From: Pseudomonas aeruginosa PAO1
GTDB lineage: Bacteria; Pseudomonadota; Gammaproteobacteria; Pseudomonadales; Pseudomonadaceae
Direction: 5' to 3' (one strand)
DNA length: 64,000 nucleotides
NCBI RefSeq assembly: GCF_000006765.1
Contig: NC_002516.2
Numbering within the stretch: the first letter of the stretch is position 1; every line of letters starts with the position of its first letter. Both the position numbers and the translations under genes were made by a program. Of this stretch, positions 60,274 to 64,000 are shown in pieces. A model generated the notes under the pieces. The model was not told the origin of the DNA and searched no databases. It saw nothing but the letters and a program-made list of their open reading frames with translations.

Positions 60274-61290
60274 TCAACCGGGCCGGTAGCATGTCTCCCG
60301 GCTGAGTAAAGCCCAAAGGATCCGGGCATTCTTGTTGGCCAGGGCAACGGCGACGACATTGGCAGGACGCCGTTGCAGCAGACCTTGCAGCCAGCGGCTG
60401 CGGGCATCGGTCTTGTTGGCGCAACAGCGCACGACTGCACGGGCGCCATGGATGAGCAAGGTCCGCAAGTAGGTATCGCCGCGCTTGCTGATGTTGCCCA
60501 AGCGCTGCTGCCCGCCCGTGGAGTGCTGCCGTGGCACCAGGCCCAGCCAGGCCGCAAACTGGCGGCCCGTGCGGAATTGCCGTGCATCACCGGCGGATGC
60601 CGCCACCGCGCTGGCGCTGATCGGGCCGATGCCTTCCACCGCCAGCAGGCGCTGGATGCGGGCATCGCCACGTACGTGAGCCTGAATCTGTCGCTCCAGT
60701 CGAGCGATGCGCGCCTCCAGCGTCTGCAATTCATCTTTCAATTCACGCAACAGCTCGCCCATCGGGGCCGGCAAGGGCGCCGGCTCGGTAGCCATGACCG
60801 TTTCGAGCAAGGCCATCGTCGCCGCTCGCCCACGTCGAGTCGCGATCAGCCCGAACTCACCCAGCAAGCCACGCACCTCATTGCACAACGCCGTGCGGGC
60901 CCGCACTAGACGACTGCGCACCCGATGCATCGACTGCACGGCCTGCTGCTCTGCGCTCTTCACCGGGACATAGCGCATGCTCGGACGACTGGCGGCTTCG
61001 CAGATCGCCTCGGCGTCGTGTGCATCGTGCTTGTCACCCTTGACGTAGGGTTTTACGAACTGCGGTGCGATCAGGCGTACCGTGTGGCCCAGCTCCCGCA
61101 ACTCGCGCGCCCAGTAGTGCGCACTGCCGCAGGCCTCCATCGCCACCAGGCACGGCGGCAGTTGGCGAAAGAAATCCCGCACCTGTGCCCGCTTGAGTTG
61201 GCGACGACATACCACATGCTCGTGACGATCAACGCCGTGCACCTGGAATACTTGTTTTGCCAGATCCAGACCAATGCGACTAAGGTTCAT
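60274..61290 (-). CDS. IS110-family DEDD transposase/recombinase
   Basis: ATG 61290 after GGGGGAG (338 aa); RuvC-like GLDLAK, MEACG, KHDAHDAEAI; HhH VEGIGPISA; GLVPRQHSTGG with conserved Ser; intact frame. Confidence 0.96.
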   Translation of the reverse strand: MNLSRIGLDLAKQVFQVHGVDRHEHVVCRRQLKRAQVRDFFRQLPPCLVAMEACGSAHYWARELRELGHTVRLIAPQFVKPYVKGDKHDAHDAEAICEAASRPSMRYVPVKSAEQQAVQSMHRVRSRLVRARTALCNEVRGLLGEFGLIATRRGRAATMALLETVMATEPAPLPAPMGELLRELKDELQTLEARIARLERQIQAHVRGDARIQRLLAVEGIGPISASAVAASAGDARQFRTGRQFAAWLGLVPRQHSTGGQQRLGNISKRGDTYLRTLLIHGARAVVRCCANKTDARSRWLQGLLQRRPANVVAVALANKNARILWALLSRETCYRPG

Positions 61291-61350
61291 GCTGACTCCC
61301 CCTCCGGGACTTGTGGCTGCACCATTAGTCTGGCGCTTGACGCCGTAGGA

Positions 61351-61363
61351 GGGAGGAGTCCAT
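61351..61363. repeat. IS subterminal inverted repeat (left end, 7 bp from end)
   Basis: GGGAGGAGTCCAT. Confidence 0.95.
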
Positions 61364-61370
61364 TTCATTG

Positions 61371-61639
61371 CCCTACCGCTTGCTCCCTCCCCGCGCAGGG
61401 CGAATAACCGCCACGCGGTTATCCGCCACCTCGGCAGGCGTTTCGGCGGATAACGCCTGGGGCGTTATTCGCCCTACCGCTTGTCCTCTCCCCGTGTAGG
61501 GCGAATAACCGCTACGCGGTTATCCGCCACCTCGGCAGGCGTTTCGGCGGATAACGCCTGGGGCGTTATTCGCCCTACCGCTTGTCCCCTCCCCGTGTAG
61601 GGCGAATAACCGCCACGCGGTTATCCGCCGCCTCGGCGG
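61371..61639. repeat. REP-doublet array, right part
   Basis: Remaining 74 bp of unit 3, unit 4 at 61445 (101 bp), unit 5 from 61546 (degenerate end). Confidence 0.95.
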
Positions 61640-61652
61640 GGTACGCCCGGGA

Positions 61653-62105
61653 TCAGCCCTTGAGGGCGGCGGCGAACTCGGCCAGCCAAGGCTCGGCGTC
61701 GGTCTCGGGGGTAACGGTTTCGCTGGCATCCAGGCGCAGCATCGGCAGCACTTCACGCACGCCCAGTTCGCCGAACAGTTCGCGAACCTGCTCGCCGCCA
61801 CCGCAGAACGTGTCGCCGTAGCTCGAATCGCCCAGGCCGATGACCCCACCCGGCAGGCCGTGCCAGGCCGGCAGTTGGTCGCGGATCGCGTAGTACAGCG
61901 GTTGCAGGTTGTCCGGCAGTTCGCCCATGCCGGTGGTCGAGGTCACCACCAGGAATGCCTCGGGGGCGAAGGCCTTGAGTTCGTCGAGGCTGGCGCGGGG
62001 CAGATGGGAGGCCTCGAGGCCGGCCGCGGACAGCAATTTCTGGGCGTGCCGGGCGACTTCTTCGGCGGTGCCGTAGACCGAGCCGGAGAGAATGGCGACT
62101 TTCAT
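61653..62105 (-). CDS. Flavodoxin (MioC/YqcA-like)
   Basis: ATG 62105 (150 aa); GSVYGTAE, STTGMGELP, GLGDSSY..FCGG. Confidence 0.9.
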   Translation of the reverse strand: MKVAILSGSVYGTAEEVARHAQKLLSAAGLEASHLPRASLDELKAFAPEAFLVVTSTTGMGELPDNLQPLYYAIRDQLPAWHGLPGGVIGLGDSSYGDTFCGGGEQVRELFGELGVREVLPMLRLDASETVTPETDAEPWLAEFAAALKG

Positions 62106-62219
62106 GAACACTCCGTAAGCCAACAGGGGTAAGCCGGGCATTATGCCGCATGCGTTCGCCGAGCGGGACGCACCGAATCAATGCAGACAGGCTGCAAAAG
62201 CACCATTTCGGTGCGCACC

Positions 62220-62237
62220 CTGTCATCGGGATGTCAT
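62220..62237 (+). promoter_or_regulatory. Pho-box-like direct repeat
   Basis: CTGTCAT-cggg-ATGTCAT, 11-bp period. Confidence 0.55.
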
Positions 62238-62384
62238 CGCGCTGCCGTAGACACGGCAGCGAACCTTCGCCACCACGGCGGGAACGATCCTTGCCTGTCC
62301 TCCGACGCAGCCCACCACCCCCGGCGCTGCGCCGTTGTCCGAGGGCGCCCACGAAGCGCACTCAACCGTTCCAGGAGATACACG

Positions 62385-62942
62385 ATGTCTACCGCTCCCG
62401 TTACCCTGCTGGTGGCCCGCCGCGTCGCCGCCGGCCGTTACCGCGACTTCCTCGCCTGGCAGCGCGAAGGCGAAGCCCTCGCCGCCGACTTCCCCGGCTA
62501 CCTCGGCTCCGGGGCGCTGGCGCCGCCCGCCGGCGGAGACGAATTCCAGATGATCTTTCGCTTCGCCGACGACGCCACCCTCGCCGCCTGGGCCCACTCC
62601 GCCTCGCGCCAGGCCTGGCTCGAACGCGGCCAGGGACTCTTCGACGAACCGCGCGAGCACCGCGCCCACGGCCTCGCCGCCTGGTTCGACGACAACCGCA
62701 AACCGCCGCGCTGGAAGCAGAGCGTGGCGATCTGGCTGGCGTTCTTCCCGGTCTCGCTGGCCTTCAACCTCGGCGCCGGCCCCTACCTCGGCGAGCTGTC
62801 GCTGGCCGCGCGGGTGCTGCTCAGCACGCTGGTCCTCACCCCGTTGATGACCTACTGGTTCATCCCTCTCTCCAGCCGCCTGCTCGCCCCCTGGCTGCAC
62901 CGCCGCCCGCAGCGCGCCGCCAGCCTGCCGGAAGCGCACTGA
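62385..62942 (+). CDS. ABM-domain membrane protein
   Basis: ATG 62385 after AGGAG (185 aa); FPGYLGSG N-domain, PPRWKQ, two C-terminal TMs. Confidence 0.8.
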   Translation: MSTAPVTLLVARRVAAGRYRDFLAWQREGEALAADFPGYLGSGALAPPAGGDEFQMIFRFADDATLAAWAHSASRQAWLERGQGLFDEPREHRAHGLAAWFDDNRKPPRWKQSVAIWLAFFPVSLAFNLGAGPYLGELSLAARVLLSTLVLTPLMTYWFIPLSSRLLAPWLHRRPQRAASLPEAH

Positions 62943-63052
62943 CGGCTTGCCGCCCACCCCGGCGGGGTGGGCCGTAGCGCAAGGCTTTGCCCGACTGGCT
63001 CAGTCGGGTACCCTGCATCAATCCGATTCCCTTCGCCTGCTGTGAGAGTCCC

Positions 63053-63757
63053 ATGGCGACAGCCCCGATCCTGATCACCGGCGCCAGCCAGCGTGTCGGC
63101 CTGCATTGCGCCCGCCGCCTGCTGGCCGACGGCGAGTCGGTGATCGTCAGCTACCGCAGCGAACGCCCGGCGCTGGACGAACTGCGCCAGGCCGGCGCGC
63201 TGACCCTGCACGCCGACTTCGCCAGCGAGGCCGGCATCTTCGCCTTCATCGGGGCCCTCCGACAGCATACCGACAGCCTGCGAGCGATCGTCCACAACGC
63301 CTCGGACTGGGTCGCCGAGACGCCCGGCCACGAAGCCGAGGCGTTCCAGCAACTGTTCAGCGTGCACATGCTCGCGCCCTACCTGATCAACCTGCACTGC
63401 GCCGAGCTGCTGGAACGCTCGCAGCCCGCCGACATCGTCCACCTCACCGACGACGTGGCGCGCAAGGGCAGCGCCCGGCGTATCGCCTACTGCGCGAGCA
63501 AGGCCGGGCTGGACAACCTGACCCTGTCGTTCGCCGCGCGCTTCGCGCCGAGGATCAAGGTCAACGCCATTTCACCGGCACTGGTGATGTTCAACGACGG
63601 GGACGATGCCGAATACCGCGCCCGCACCCTGGCGAAATCCGCCCTCGGCATCGAACCGGGGCCGGAAGTCATCTACCAGAGCCTTCGCTACCTGTTGGAC
63701 AACCCCTACGTCACCGGGACCACCCTGACCGTGAACGGCGGCCGCCACGTCAAGTGA
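63053..63757 (+). CDS. folM: Dihydromonapterin reductase FolM
   Basis: ATG 63053 (234 aa); [19 protein letters not shown]; adjacent to folE. Confidence 0.88.
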   Translation: MATAPILITGASQRVGLHCARRLLADGESVIVSYRSERPALDELRQAGALTLHADFASEAGIFAFIGALRQHTDSLRAIVHNASDWVAETPGHEAEAFQQLFSVHMLAPYLINLHCAELLERSQPADIVHLTDDVARKGSARRIAYCASKAGLDNLTLSFAARFAPRIKVNAISPALVMFNDGDDAEYRARTLAKSALGIEPGPEVIYQSLRYLLDNPYVTGTTLTVNGGRHVK

Positions 63758-63774
63758 GGCGCCAAGGACCCCTT

Positions 63775-64000
63775 ATGAACCCAGCACTTTCCCAGCATTA
63801 CCGGGAGATCCTCGTCGGTCTCGGCGAAGACCCGCAGCGCGAAGGCCTGCTCGACACCCCGAAGCGCGCGGCCAAGGCCATGCAGTACCTCTGCCACGGC
63901 TATGGCCAGACCCTGGAGGAAATCGTCAACGGCGCGCTGTTCGCCTCGGACAACGATGAAATGGTCATCGTCCGCGACATCGAGCTGTACTCCCTGTGCG
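63775..64000 (+). CDS. folE: GTP cyclohydrolase I (5' part; runs off window end)
   Basis: Manual translation [36 protein letters not shown]...[14 protein letters not shown]. Confidence 0.93.
   Translation, partial: MNPALSQHYREILVGLGEDPQREGLLDTPKRAAKAMQYLCHGYGQTLEEIVNGALFASDNDEMVIVRDIELYSLC

Larger units (their letters stand above)
59999..61370 (-). mobile_element. IS110-family, IS1111-group insertion sequence (probably ISPa11), 1372 bp
   Basis: Removing it restores a perfect 101-bp unit (GTTATTCG|CCCTAC); no target duplication; 13-bp subterminal IRs. Boundary ambiguous by 1 bp (shared G). ISPa11 name from recollection. Confidence 0.93.

Noticed and set aside
60002-60289. 95-aa plus-strand ORF in the IS non-coding region
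   Set aside because: Starts inside the IR, has no SD or recognisable motifs, and is antisense to the structured RNA.
61291-61368. 26-aa N-terminal extension of the transposase (ORF track 364 aa)
   Set aside because: The upstream ATG lies in the 7-bp terminal segment without an SD; ATG 61290 has a GGGGGAG SD and starts right before the first RuvC strand.
59734-61639. Repeat array as CRISPR
   Set aside because: Inter-repeat segments are near-identical rather than unique spacers, units are GTAG-type REP doublets, and no cas genes are present.

Overview
High-GC chromosomal window from Pseudomonas aeruginosa. Gene order matches my recollection of the PAO1 PA3374-PA3438 region; this is recognised from protein sequences, not from a database search. 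In order it holds: the phn C-P lyase operon (phnM partial to phnC, Pho-box promoter), amrZ, rhlG/tsaA, a divergent ABM/VOC pair, nosRZDFYL (Dnr/Anr box), fpr/finR, an ABC-2/HlyD exporter lacking an ATPase, the has heme-uptake locus (two Fur boxes), a LexA-box yebG operon, a leucine dehydrogenase/2-oxoacid dehydrogenase cluster, a DUF1302/DUF1329/MalT-type module, lipid and amine catabolic genes, cidA/lrgB-like genes, a flavodoxin, folM and folE (partial). The only mobile element is an intact 1372-bp IS110-family (IS1111 group, probably ISPa11) element at 59999-61370, inserted into the third of five ~101-bp REP-doublet units. Its non-coding region downstream of the transposase folds into two parallel stem/internal-loop modules. 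One loop carries matches to the REP target site (UAGGGCGA, UUAUACG); the other carries matches to the element's own circle junction (AUAUAC, UUCAU), with the left guides in the same register. This is the architecture of an RNA-guided (bridge/seek RNA) recombinase and is the most interesting signal here. The system class is already published; the guide assignments are my own reading of the sequence.
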